From assembly GCA_032718475.1 (NCBI GenBank), contig JAUCBJ010001846.1, positions 186,001 to 250,000 of the forward strand: DNA of 64,000 nt, written 5' to 3'. Shown here in pieces: positions 41,036 through 50,795 of the stretch. The notes under the pieces were generated by a model. The model was not told the origin of the DNA. It saw only the letters and a program-made list of their open reading frames with translations, and searched no databases. Each line of letters begins with the position of its first letter. The stretch's first letter is position 1. A program made the translations under genes and the position numbers. The DNA is from Nemertoderma westbladi. Lineage: Eukaryota > Animalia > Xenacoelomorpha.

Positions 41036-41915
41036 CCCCTCTATTTTCAGTACAACAAGCAAAATTGTCAGCCAAAACGCTTGTTCAGATAGCCAGTATG
41101 TCATGCGTTTGGAAATGCCCCAAATTGCACAAGTGGCCAAGCCTGGTCAGTTTTTACATATTCGTTGTGATCAATTGCTTTTAATGCGCAGGCCTCTTTC
41201 AATTATGCGCTGTGATCAAAAACAAGGCTATGTTGATATTTTATATAAAGCAGTGGGTGAGGGCACAGCGCTTTTAAGCCAAAAAAAAGCAGGCGACACC
41301 TTAGCGGTTCTAGGCCCCATTGGTAATGGCTTTGATGTTGAAGATGTGCAAAGATCACTTTTAATTGGTGGGGGATTGGGGATGCCACCGATGATTTTTT
41401 TGGCCGAATATTTAAAGAAACAAAATATTGAATACTCGCCCATATTAATGCTTGGTTCTGAAATTGCATTTCCATTTAAAGTTGAACCTTCAAAGCTACT
41501 GACAAAAGAACTACCTGCCAATGTGATGGCTAGCATGCCATTGATGGAGGATTTAAAAATACCCTGTCGTTTGGGTAGCCAAACACTTGATCAAGCAGGT
41601 TTATATAAGGGGTTTGTTACCGAGTTGGCAGCGCATTACTTAGCAAACTTGTTGCCTGAAATTACCCAAACAGTTCGTATATTTGCTTGTGGGCCGAGCG
41701 TGATGTTAGCGGCGGTTGCAAAATTGGCTGATCGTTTTAACTTAGATTGCCAACTATGTTTGGAAGAACATATGGCCTGTGCGGTAGGGGGTTGTGCGGG
41801 TTGTGTTGTGTCCGTTGATGTGGGGGGTAAAAAAATAATGAAACGGGTATGTGTGGACGGGCCAGTATTTTGTGCCAAGCAAGTATATAGTCAAAAGTTT
41901 GTGGAAGTAGGATGA
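41028..41915 (+). CDS. pyrK: Dihydroorotate dehydrogenase electron transfer subunit
   Basis: PGQF, RRPLSI, GGGLG.PP, ACGP, EEHMACAVGGCAGC and RVCVDGPVF. Confidence 0.9.
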   Translation: MRSPSIFSTTSKIVSQNACSDSQYVMRLEMPQIAQVAKPGQFLHIRCDQLLLMRRPLSIMRCDQKQGYVDILYKAVGEGTALLSQKKAGDTLAVLGPIGNGFDVEDVQRSLLIGGGLGMPPMIFLAEYLKKQNIEYSPILMLGSEIAFPFKVEPSKLLTKELPANVMASMPLMEDLKIPCRLGSQTLDQAGLYKGFVTELAAHYLANLLPEITQTVRIFACGPSVMLAAVAKLADRFNLDCQLCLEEHMACAVGGCAGCVVSVDVGGKKIMKRVCVDGPVFCAKQVYSQKFVEVG

Positions 41916-42718
41916 AGATGGGTTTGATTGGTGCGGGAAATATGGGCAGGAGCATGCTTCAAGGTTGGGTGAGTTGTAACATCAACCCTTCATCCATTTT
42001 TTTAGCTGAGATCAACAGGGATGTTCAGGCTATATTAGTGAGAAAATGGGGCATTAGGGGTGCTTCGATTGAGCAAATTGCCAAGCACTGTGATGTGATT
42101 GTGCTGGCCGTTAAACCTATTTTTATTATTGAAGTTTGCCAAAAGATCGTGCAAGTTTTAAGCACTCAAACACCTGTGGTGCTTTCAATTGCGGCGGGTG
42201 TTCGTTTAAGCACACTAAGTGATCATTTAGGTAAAACCTTACCAATAGTACGCGTGATGCCTAATATTGGTGCACAGGTTCAACATGGCATGTCAGTGTT
42301 GTGTGCACAAACAAATGTTAAAAAGCCGCATCGTGTATTGGCTGAGAAACTAATCAGTGCCATCGGTGATTGTTTTTGGGTGGAAGATGAAAATTTAATG
42401 AATATTGTCACTGCTTTGTCAGGTAGTGGTCCCGCATATTTTTTGCTGATGGCCGAGATGATGATTAAAGCAGGTGTAAAAAAAGGACTCAGTCCTGATC
42501 AAGCCAAGCACCTTGTAACTCAAACATTGATAGGTACAGCCAAATTACTTGAAAAAGGTGATTCACCTCGGCAATTGCGAGCAGCTGTGGCCTCAAAAGG
42601 GGGCACCACTGAGCGTGCAATTGGTGTATTTTTATCAGGTGGTTTTGACAAGTTATGTGATGATGCAGTCAGCAGTGCTTATGATCGTTCCGTTGAAATC
42701 GAAAAACAGATCACATGA
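41912..42718 (+). CDS. proC: Pyrroline-5-carboxylate reductase
   Basis: IGAGNMG, LAVKP, RVMPN, SGSGPAY and SKGGTT. Confidence 0.96.
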   Translation: MKMGLIGAGNMGRSMLQGWVSCNINPSSIFLAEINRDVQAILVRKWGIRGASIEQIAKHCDVIVLAVKPIFIIEVCQKIVQVLSTQTPVVLSIAAGVRLSTLSDHLGKTLPIVRVMPNIGAQVQHGMSVLCAQTNVKKPHRVLAEKLISAIGDCFWVEDENLMNIVTALSGSGPAYFLLMAEMMIKAGVKKGLSPDQAKHLVTQTLIGTAKLLEKGDSPRQLRAAVASKGGTTERAIGVFLSGGFDKLCDDAVSSAYDRSVEIEKQIT

Positions 42719-44232
42719 AAAATTTTAATATCGAAAGCGTTATCAAAGCGCTGCGAATTTATCAGTTTGTAGAACAAACCCCTTTGCAATTAGCCAACAA
42801 TTTAAGTACGCAATACAACAACCAAATTTTTTTTAAACGAGAAGACCTTCACCCGATTTTTTCATTCAAAATTCGAGGGGCTTGCAACAAAATGATGTTG
42901 CTAAATAAAGCACAACGCCAGCAAGGTGTTGTAGCCGCTTCAGCGGGTAACCATGCACAAGGGGTGGCCTACATTGCCGAGAAGTTGGGAATAGCGGCAA
43001 CGATTGTGATGCCTGTTTCTACCCCAACGATTAAAGTACAATCAGTTGAGAAAATGGGGGCTAAGGTTGTAATTACAGGCGATAACTTTGACCAAGCCTA
43101 TGCGCATGCCAAGCAGTTGGTTGAGGCCTCGAATCAAACCTTTATTCCCCCATTCGATGATGATGATATTATCGCTGGGCAAGGCACCATTGCCTTAGAG
43201 CTTGTCAAGCAACTTCAAACCATTGATTATGTGTTTGTCCCCATTGGTGGTGGGGGCTTGGCAGCCGGCATATCAGTTTTTTTAAAACGTTTTCATCCCA
43301 CCATTAAAGTGATAGGGGTGGAAACCAAAGAATCGCCTACTTTGTATGAAAGCATGATAAAGAGAAAGCGTATTGTGCTTGATGCAGTGGGGCTTTTTGC
43401 AGAGGGGGTGGCGGTTAAACAAATTGGCAAGCGCAATTATCCGCTTTTAACCGAGCATGTTGATCAGGTGTTATTGGTGGATGAAGATGAAACATGTGTT
43501 GCCATTAAAGATATTTTTGAACAAACCCGTGTGGTAGTAGAGCCTTCAGGGGCAATTGCCACAGCCGCCGTTAAGCGTTACATTAAAACGCGTCAGCTAA
43601 CAGGTCAGTCTATTGTTAGCCTTGTGACAGGGGCGAATATGAATTTTGACCGATTTTCTTATATTGCCCAGCAAGCCAACCTTGGTGAAGGGGGTGAGGC
43701 GATTTTAGCGGTGAGTATCCCTGAAAAAAAAGGGAGTTTCTTACAGTTTGTTACTTTACTTGGTCAGCATGCGATTACCGAATTTAATTATCGGTTTAAT
43801 GAAAATAAGGTAGCCCGGATTTTTCTTACCATTAAACTTAAAAATTACGCCACCCAAATTGATGAGTTACTGACACTGCTAAAAAATGAAGGTTATCAGG
43901 CATTGAATTTAACCAAAGATGCACTTGCTAAAACTCATGTTCGACATATGGTCGGGGGGCGTGTGAACCGAGCCATTAAAGAGCGTATTTATTCATTTTA
44001 TTTTCCTGAAAGGCTAGGTGCTTTGTTGGAATTTTTGCAGTGCTTAGGGTCGGCATGGAATGTGACTTTGTTTCATTATCAAAACCAAGGCTCCGGCCAT
44101 GGTCAGGTGCTAATTGGTTTTCAAATTGAAAAGGCGTCTGATGTAGCTCGGCTTGAAAAAAAGTTTGAAGCGGTTGGGTTTTCGTTTGAAAATGTTTCAA
44201 ATAATAAGGCGTATCGTTTATTTTTGTCGTAA
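42715..44232 (+). CDS. ilvA: Threonine dehydratase, biosynthetic
   Basis: KREDL..IFSFKIRGA, SAGNHAQG, GGGGL and two ACT-like regulatory domains. Confidence 0.96.
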   Translation: MKNFNIESVIKALRIYQFVEQTPLQLANNLSTQYNNQIFFKREDLHPIFSFKIRGACNKMMLLNKAQRQQGVVAASAGNHAQGVAYIAEKLGIAATIVMPVSTPTIKVQSVEKMGAKVVITGDNFDQAYAHAKQLVEASNQTFIPPFDDDDIIAGQGTIALELVKQLQTIDYVFVPIGGGGLAAGISVFLKRFHPTIKVIGVETKESPTLYESMIKRKRIVLDAVGLFAEGVAVKQIGKRNYPLLTEHVDQVLLVDEDETCVAIKDIFEQTRVVVEPSGAIATAAVKRYIKTRQLTGQSIVSLVTGANMNFDRFSYIAQQANLGEGGEAILAVSIPEKKGSFLQFVTLLGQHAITEFNYRFNENKVARIFLTIKLKNYATQIDELLTLLKNEGYQALNLTKDALAKTHVRHMVGGRVNRAIKERIYSFYFPERLGALLEFLQCLGSAWNVTLFHYQNQGSGHGQVLIGFQIEKASDVARLEKKFEAVGFSFENVSNNKAYRLFLS

Positions 44233-44241
44233 GCAATGCGT

Positions 44242-45090
44242 TTAGTGACCAAATTTGAACATTTTTTGAAGTTGCATTAAACTTTCTTGTTCAATTTGGC
44301 GAACTCTTTCAATCGATACTTGGTATTTTTTGGCTAACTCTTTTAAAGTCACTTTTTTATCAGTTAGCCAACGTTTTTTAATAATTTCTTGGCTTTTAGC
44401 ATCTAGTTTTTGTAGGTTGAATTCAAGTTTTTTAACCTGTTCGGCTAGGTGGTAATTGTCCACAACTTGTTTTTCAGAGCTTGGCTCACCGCTTGAAAGG
44501 GTATTGGCCGGCAATTCAGCTGTGTTGCTATTGGGTGAAGGGGGGGTATCAAATGTGCAATCTTTGGCGCTGAGGCGTTTTTCCATCTCCAACACGTCTT
44601 TAACACTTGTATTCAAATCTTTGGCAATTAATAGGGCTTCTTCTTTAGTTAACCAGCCTTCTTGTTTTTTTTTGCTTCTTAATTTGAAAAAAAGTGAGCG
44701 CTGGGCTTTGGTGGTGCATATTTTAACAATGCGCCAGTTGCGTAAAATAAACTCATGAATTTGGGCTTTAATCCAATATACGGCAAAGGTCACCAAGCGA
44801 ATATTTTTAGTGTGGTCAAATCGTTTGATGGCATTCATTAAACCAATGGCACCTTCTTGAACAAGATCGTTCATATCCAGCCCATAGCCCTTGTAGGTTT
44901 GGGCGGTGTAGTAGACGAATCGCATATTAGAGATCACCAAAAGTTTGGCAGCGTCTAGGTCATTTTGCTCGCGGTAACGTTTAGCTAGCTCGTATTCTTC
45001 CTCTTTTGTCAGAACTGGGTAGGTTCGAATTTTGGCAAGACCCGAAGATAGTGTTAGATTTTGAAAAGTTGCAAGTGTTCTATTTGTCAT
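44242..45090 (-). CDS. rpoH: RNA polymerase sigma-32 factor
   Basis: [34 protein letters not shown] (RpoH box) and ERVRQIE. Start MTNR at 45090. Confidence 0.93.
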   Translation of the reverse strand: MTNRTLATFQNLTLSSGLAKIRTYPVLTKEEEYELAKRYREQNDLDAAKLLVISNMRFVYYTAQTYKGYGLDMNDLVQEGAIGLMNAIKRFDHTKNIRLVTFAVYWIKAQIHEFILRNWRIVKICTTKAQRSLFFKLRSKKKQEGWLTKEEALLIAKDLNTSVKDVLEMEKRLSAKDCTFDTPPSPNSNTAELPANTLSSGEPSSEKQVVDNYHLAEQVKKLEFNLQKLDAKSQEIIKKRWLTDKKVTLKELAKKYQVSIERVRQIEQESLMQLQKMFKFGH

Positions 45091-45322
45091 TCGTTTTTGG
45101 TTTGTTGAATTCTCTATAAACAATACGACCTTTGGTTAAGTCATAAGGGGTCATTTCTATTTTAACGGTATCACCGGGTAGAATTTTAACGTAATTTTTC
45201 CTAATTTTACCCGAAAGATTAGCAACAATCTCATGCTTATTTTCAAGCATCACTTTAAACGTAGTGTGGGGTAATTTTGACGTAATAACGCCCAGCATGG
45301 TGATGATATTGTTTTTTGACAT
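45080..45322 (-). CDS. infA: Translation initiation factor IF-1
   Basis: LP...[20 protein letters not shown] and [12 protein letters not shown]. Confidence 0.96.
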   Translation of the reverse strand: MSKNNIITMLGVITSKLPHTTFKVMLENKHEIVANLSGKIRKNYVKILPGDTVKIEMTPYDLTKGRIVYREFNKPKTNDK

Positions 45323-45413
45323 TGCTTGTACTTACTTGAATTTATAATTATTATGCTTATTCTTACTTTCTAAAAAGTAGGGCGTAATTATAGCATGTTG
45401 TGAGGTAGATAAA

Positions 45414-45956
45414 GTGAGTAAATCAAAAAAAGGCATTGAAGAAATGAAAGAAAACTTAAAAAAAGCTGAAGGTGATCAAAAAGATGAAGATATAACGTCG
45501 GTTGAAAATGAATCAATTGAATCAACCGAGCAGGCGGTATGTGAAAGCTGTGAAGAATTAAAGGATAAATTATTGCGACTTCATGCTGATATGGACAATT
45601 TACGTAAAAGAACACAGCGTGATGTTGAAAATGCTTATAAATTCAGTTTAGAAAAGTTTGTTAAGTCGCTACTGCCTGTTTTAGACACCTTTGACCTAGC
45701 CATTAAAAATACAAAAAGTCAAGAAAGCCTAGAAGGGATTCAAAACATTCAAACCATGTTTTTAACCACTCTAAAAAAAGAAAATATTGAAGTCATTAAC
45801 CCACAAGGTGGATTATTTGACCCAGCTCTACACGAAGCAGTTACAACCCTTGAATCAGCCGATCACACAAAAGACCAAATTGTTGATGTTTTGCAAAAAG
45901 GATACCAACTAAGTGGTCGCTTAATTCGACCTGCCATGGTGTGTATTGCAAAATAA
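45414..45956 (+). CDS. grpE: Nucleotide exchange factor GrpE
   Basis: RLHADMDNLRKR, LLPVLD, FDPALHEA and QKGY.L.GRLIRPAMV. Confidence 0.96.
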   Translation: MSKSKKGIEEMKENLKKAEGDQKDEDITSVENESIESTEQAVCESCEELKDKLLRLHADMDNLRKRTQRDVENAYKFSLEKFVKSLLPVLDTFDLAIKNTKSQESLEGIQNIQTMFLTTLKKENIEVINPQGGLFDPALHEAVTTLESADHTKDQIVDVLQKGYQLSGRLIRPAMVCIAK

Positions 45957-45958
45957 AA

Positions 45959-45987
45959 CTTGAAATTCTCCATCATCAACCCCATAA
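45959..45987 (+). promoter_or_regulatory. sigma32 heat-shock promoter of dnaK
   Basis: CTTGAAA-N14-CCCCATAA matches the sigma32 consensus, directly upstream of dnaK. Confidence 0.85.
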
Positions 45988-46041
45988 AAAAGACACGCAA
46001 CATTAAACCATACCAGAACTGTTTGAAGGAGATAAAAAATA

Positions 46042-47967
46042 ATGGCTAAAATTATCGGCATAGACTTAGGTACAACCAACTCATGCATGGCCTTGTTTGA
46101 AAGCGGTGAAACACGGATTATTGAAAATGGCGAGGGCGCCAGAACCACCCCCTCTATCGTTGCCTTTTCAAAAGATGACGACCAAGTGCTAGTGGGTCAA
46201 GCCGCCAAACGACAAGCCGTCACCAACCCTGAAAACACACTATTTGGCATTAAGCGCTTGATCGGTCGTCGCTTTGAAGAAGATGCTGTCCAAAAAGACA
46301 TTGAAGTAGTGCCGTTTAAAATCGTCAAAGCCGATAACAACGATGCTTGGGTTGATATTAAAGGTAAAAAAATGGCACCTCAAGAAATATCCGCCAAAAT
46401 ACTAGGTAAAATTAAAAAAGATGCTGAAGCCTTTTTGGGTGAGCCTGTCACCGAAGCGGTGATCACAGTGCCTGCTTACTTTAATGATTCCCAGCGTCAA
46501 GCCACTAAAGATGCCGGGCAAATTGCAGGCTTAACGGTTAAGCGTATTATCAACGAACCCACCGCCGCCGCCCTTGCTTATGGCATGGATAAGGTGGATC
46601 GGGATTGTAAAATTGCCGTTTATGACTTAGGTGGGGGTACCTTTGATGTCTCCATCATTGAAATGGCCAAAGTCGATGGCGAAATGCAGTTTGAAGTGCT
46701 TGCCACCAATGGCGATACTTTCCTAGGGGGTGAGGATTTCGATCAACGCTTGATCAGCTACTTAATTGACGAATTTAAAAAAGAACAAAGCACTGACCTA
46801 TCGAAAGACCCAATGGCCTTACAACGCTTAAAAGAAGCCGCTGAGAAAGCCAAAATTGAACTATCCTCCAATCAACAAACCGACCTAAACCTGCCTTATA
46901 TCACAGCGGATGCAAGTGGCCCTAAACATTTAAACATGAAATTAACACGGGCAAAACTGGAATCACTGGTTGAAGATTTAGTTGAAAAAAGCCTAAAGCC
47001 TTGCCAAATCGCCCTAGACGATGCTGGCCTTTCAAGTAGTGAAGTCAACCACGTTATTTTAGTGGGCGGTCAAACACGCATGCCTAAAGTACAACAAGCT
47101 GTTTCCGACTTTTTTGGCAAAGAAGTCCGCAAAGATATCAACCCCGATGAGTCCGTCGCAATGGGGGCTGCTATTCAAGCCGGTGTTTTAAGTGGTGATG
47201 TGAAAGACATATTATTGATGGATGTCACCCCCCTATCATTGGGGATTGAAACCCAAGGTGGTGTTATGACCAAATTAATTGAGAAAAACACCACCATCCC
47301 CACCAAAAAATCACAAGTTTTTTCAACCGCGGAGGATAACCAACCCGCCGTTAGTGTGCACGTACTTCAAGGGGAGCGTGAAATGGCAACGCATAACCGC
47401 ACCTTGGGGCGTTTTGAGCTAACTGGCATTGACCCAGCACCGCGTGGCATGCCTCAAATTGAGGTGACCTTTGATGTGGATGCAAACGGCATTATTCATG
47501 TATCCGCCAAAGACAAAAAAACCAACAAAGAGCAAAAAATTCAAATTGAATCCTCTTCTGGTTTATCCAAAGAGCAAATTGAAAAAATGGTTCAAGAGGC
47601 CGAAGCCAACGCCGAGGGCGATAAAAAACTAAGAACACTGATTGATGCCAAAAACAGTTGTGATACCTTAGTTCACAGCACTAAAAAGTTATTAGCTGAA
47701 AATGGAAAAGATATTGACAGTGCTGAAAAAGAAAAAATAGACGAAAAGATTAAATCGCTTGAAGAGGCGATCAAAGGTGATGACTTAGAGCGTATTGAAA
47801 GCGCCTCAAAGCAGTTGAGTGAGGCCAGCGCTAAGCTAATGGAGAAAAAATACGCCCAGCAGGCTCAGGGGGCTGATTCCGCTCAAAACCAACCAAAAGC
47901 AGATAAAAAGGCGGATGAAGAGCACGTGGTAGAAGCCGACTACCAAGAGGTAGACGATAAAAAATAA
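46042..47967 (+). CDS. dnaK: Chaperone DnaK
   Basis: [25 protein letters not shown] and GGQTRMP. Confidence 0.99.
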   Translation: MAKIIGIDLGTTNSCMALFESGETRIIENGEGARTTPSIVAFSKDDDQVLVGQAAKRQAVTNPENTLFGIKRLIGRRFEEDAVQKDIEVVPFKIVKADNNDAWVDIKGKKMAPQEISAKILGKIKKDAEAFLGEPVTEAVITVPAYFNDSQRQATKDAGQIAGLTVKRIINEPTAAALAYGMDKVDRDCKIAVYDLGGGTFDVSIIEMAKVDGEMQFEVLATNGDTFLGGEDFDQRLISYLIDEFKKEQSTDLSKDPMALQRLKEAAEKAKIELSSNQQTDLNLPYITADASGPKHLNMKLTRAKLESLVEDLVEKSLKPCQIALDDAGLSSSEVNHVILVGGQTRMPKVQQAVSDFFGKEVRKDINPDESVAMGAAIQAGVLSGDVKDILLMDVTPLSLGIETQGGVMTKLIEKNTTIPTKKSQVFSTAEDNQPAVSVHVLQGEREMATHNRTLGRFELTGIDPAPRGMPQIEVTFDVDANGIIHVSAKDKKTNKEQKIQIESSSGLSKEQIEKMVQEAEANAEGDKKLRTLIDAKNSCDTLVHSTKKLLAENGKDIDSAEKEKIDEKIKSLEEAIKGDDLERIESASKQLSEASAKLMEKKYAQQAQGADSAQNQPKADKKADEEHVVEADYQEVDDKK

Positions 47968-47989
47968 CCGCTTACTTAAGATAAATGAA

Positions 47990-48033
47990 ACAAAATAGGC
48001 TGGGGTGTGTGAAAATAACGTGGCCTGTTTTGT
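47990..48033 (+). terminator. Possible hairpin between dnaK and dnaJ
   Basis: ACAAAATAGGC...GCCTGTTTTGT arms with a 22-nt loop. Confidence 0.35.
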
Positions 48034-48089
48034 ATTATCAAGGTTATCTAAACTAAACAATATGCTCATTAAACGCGTCAAGATCAACC

Positions 48090-49211
48090 ATGTCTAAAGA
48101 TTATTACCAAATACTAGGCGTTGATAAAAATGCCACAGCCGATGAACTGAAAAAAGCCTATCGCCGCTTGGCGATGAAACACCACCCCGACAGAAATCCC
48201 GATAACCCCGAAGCTGAAGCCAAATTTAAAGAATTAGGTGAGGCCTACGCCGTGTTATCAGATGATAACAAGCGTCGGCAATACGACCAATTTGGAACCA
48301 CCGCAGGCATGGGCGGTGCTGGGGGTTTTCAGGGTGACTTTGGCGACATATTCGGTGATTTATTTGGCGATATATTTGGGGGTGGGCGCCGCAGTGGTCA
48401 GGCAAGTAGACAAGCCCAAAAGGGCAGTGATTTGTTGCTTCGCATGCGTTTATCGCTTGAGGAAGTCGCCCAAGGCCTTGGGCGCAATATTGAAATTAAA
48501 CGCACAAGAAGCTGCAAGCCCTGCAGGGGTTCTGGCGCCAAGCCTGGTACTAGGCCCCAAACTTGTACTCGTTGTAATGGTGCAGGCCGCGTGCAAGTGC
48601 GCCAAGGTTTTTTTGCAGTGCAAACTGAATGCGGGGCGTGCTCAGGTACTGGGCAGGTTATACAAGAAAAATGTAGTGGTTGTCGTGGATCAGGCGTTGA
48701 AAATGAGAAAAAACGCTTGGTGATCAAAATACCTGCAGGTATTCATCATGGCGATAGAATGCGTATATCAGGTGAAGGCAATGCGGGTAAAAATAATGGC
48801 CCGTCGGGTGATTTGTATGTAGATATTGAAGTCAAACCACATGATATTTTTAAACGACAAGATAATGACCTGCATTGTGAAATACCGGTCAGTGTTATTA
48901 CCTTAACCGTGGGTGGTGCTGTGGATGTGCCCCTACTTGGTGGGGGGCAAATTAATTTAAAAATTCCCGAAGGTACACAAACTGGTAAAGTATTTCGTGT
49001 GCGCACCAAGGGGTTAAAAGAAGTGCGTCGCCATAAAACAGGCGATTTATTAATTCACATCTTAGGGGAAACACCTGTGGGCTTAACCGATGATCAAAAA
49101 AAGATTTTATCTGATTTTGACCAAGCCCTTTCTAACTGCAAGCAAGAACACAATCCCCAGTCAAAAAGTTGGCTCAAAAAGGTGAAGTCTATTTTTATGA
49201 ATGATGGTTGA
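48090..49211 (+). CDS. dnaJ: Chaperone DnaJ
   Basis: J domain HPD, G/F region and four CxxCxGxG repeats. Confidence 0.98.
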   Translation: MSKDYYQILGVDKNATADELKKAYRRLAMKHHPDRNPDNPEAEAKFKELGEAYAVLSDDNKRRQYDQFGTTAGMGGAGGFQGDFGDIFGDLFGDIFGGGRRSGQASRQAQKGSDLLLRMRLSLEEVAQGLGRNIEIKRTRSCKPCRGSGAKPGTRPQTCTRCNGAGRVQVRQGFFAVQTECGACSGTGQVIQEKCSGCRGSGVENEKKRLVIKIPAGIHHGDRMRISGEGNAGKNNGPSGDLYVDIEVKPHDIFKRQDNDLHCEIPVSVITLTVGGAVDVPLLGGGQINLKIPEGTQTGKVFRVRTKGLKEVRRHKTGDLLIHILGETPVGLTDDQKKILSDFDQALSNCKQEHNPQSKSWLKKVKSIFMNDG

Positions 49212-49321
49212 GTGGTTATTTTATCATTTGGCCTTTTTAAAGGCTTAAACATAAAAAACATTCACCTTAATTAATTCAAACCACCCCAACATGATAGATA
49301 CTTAAAAATCAAATAGTTTCA

Positions 49322-50560
49322 GTGGGGTTTGAGCTTGCAACAAATGAGGTAAAATACCTCCCGCTTAGTTCTGACCGCTCATTACTTGATTGGGATATTA
49401 TTCTTTTTAGGGCAGATGACTACATTGCCAGTAGTGCTAATCACTGGCCGCTAGAAATAAATGATGCCCTTGAAATGGGGAAAATGGTCATTGCTTATCT
49501 TTGTGAGCAAACACCTAACTATTTAAATATTGAGAAAGTTGATTTTCGTAAGGGCAACTGCATCAAGCTTGCCACTACTAAGCACGCACAGATCATCGCC
49601 GATTATTGGGCTGAATTTGGTGAACTTTCAACCTATAAAGTTATTTTAGACAAAAACTGCGGCTCACCCATTCTGTTAACACAAAGTGGTGATAAAATTG
49701 TTGGTGGAATCAGAAAATTGCAATCAGGCAAGGGCACCATGCTGTTGTTGCCTGATATTGATTTTAATTTAGAAGGCTTCTCGGAAACTAACCTTGGTGG
49801 AAATTGGAAGGATAAAGCACATAATTTTTCATCAAAATTAATCAAACACATTGTTTCAATCCACAAGGCGCTCACTAGCAACTGCACACCACCAGAGTGG
49901 GTTACTAACCCAAATTATGTCTTACCAAAAGAAGACAAACTGCTTGCAAATTTAGAACAGGTCGAACAACAAATCAAAACACTCCAAATACAAAAAAATA
50001 AACTACAACCCACTATTAAAAAGGCGGGAAGATTACGCGGTTTGTTATATGAGAAAGGCAAAGCATTAGAGCTTGCCATCCTAGATGCCCTAAAAATTCT
50101 AGGTTTTAAGGCAGTTTCTTTTGAACAAGGTAACTTAGCGTTTGATGTGGTTTTTACCTCCCAAGAAGGTCGGTTTATTGGTGAAGCCGAAGGTAAAGAC
50201 CATAAAGCCATCAACATCGACAAATTTAGGCAGCTTGAATCAAATATTTCTCAAGACTTACAGCGCGATGAAGTTAAAACATCTGCCAAAGGGGTTTTAT
50301 TTGGTAATGCTTTTAGGCTTGCGCCAATACAAAATCGCGTGGATCCTTTTACTGAAAAATGTAAGGACTCATCCCAGAGAAACTCAACAGCATTGGTTTT
50401 TACACCTGATTTGTTTGTTGTGGTGTGGTACCTTTCTAGGTATGAAGATGCAGCCTTTGCAAAGCAATGCAGAGCTACTATTGCAAGTACAATTGGTTAC
50501 GTTTTGTTCCCTGAGATACCCAATAAAGGCAAAGCAGCTAAAGCGAAAAAAGAACTCTAA
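49322..50560 (+). CDS. Hypothetical protein with coiled coil and C-terminal PD-(D/E)xK-like nuclease motif
   Basis: LE.AI..AL..LGF...FDVVF......IGEAEGKD...I.IDK.RQL. Start codon uncertain. Confidence 0.6.
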   Translation: MGFELATNEVKYLPLSSDRSLLDWDIILFRADDYIASSANHWPLEINDALEMGKMVIAYLCEQTPNYLNIEKVDFRKGNCIKLATTKHAQIIADYWAEFGELSTYKVILDKNCGSPILLTQSGDKIVGGIRKLQSGKGTMLLLPDIDFNLEGFSETNLGGNWKDKAHNFSSKLIKHIVSIHKALTSNCTPPEWVTNPNYVLPKEDKLLANLEQVEQQIKTLQIQKNKLQPTIKKAGRLRGLLYEKGKALELAILDALKILGFKAVSFEQGNLAFDVVFTSQEGRFIGEAEGKDHKAINIDKFRQLESNISQDLQRDEVKTSAKGVLFGNAFRLAPIQNRVDPFTEKCKDSSQRNSTALVFTPDLFVVVWYLSRYEDAAFAKQCRATIASTIGYVLFPEIPNKGKAAKAKKEL

Positions 50561-50795
50561 AAGACATAACCAATCAACCAGGTGCGAAAATAAATTACCA
50601 CACTGCAATTTTTTTGGTCAGCAAAACAAAAGTAGAAATATAGGTTATTCATCAAATTTTTTATGTGTAAATTTTTGTATCTTGATCATTAAAAAATGAG
50701 GCAATACTTAACCTGCCAAGCAATTTTGGCACTTGCAGTACCCCCCTATTTATAGTAATTTTTGACCACCCAAGACCTAATTAAATAAATTTTTA

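Noticed and set aside
50142-50699. 185-aa alternative-frame ORF, and the many other short antisense or overlapping ORFs in the track
   Set aside because: They overlap well-supported genes and show no recognisable motifs.
50714-50737. TGCCAA-N6-TTGGCA dyad / sigma54-like TTGGCAC..TTGC upstream of the diiron oxidase gene
   Set aside because: GG-to-GC spacing is wrong for sigma54, and a 6-bp dyad alone is weak evidence.
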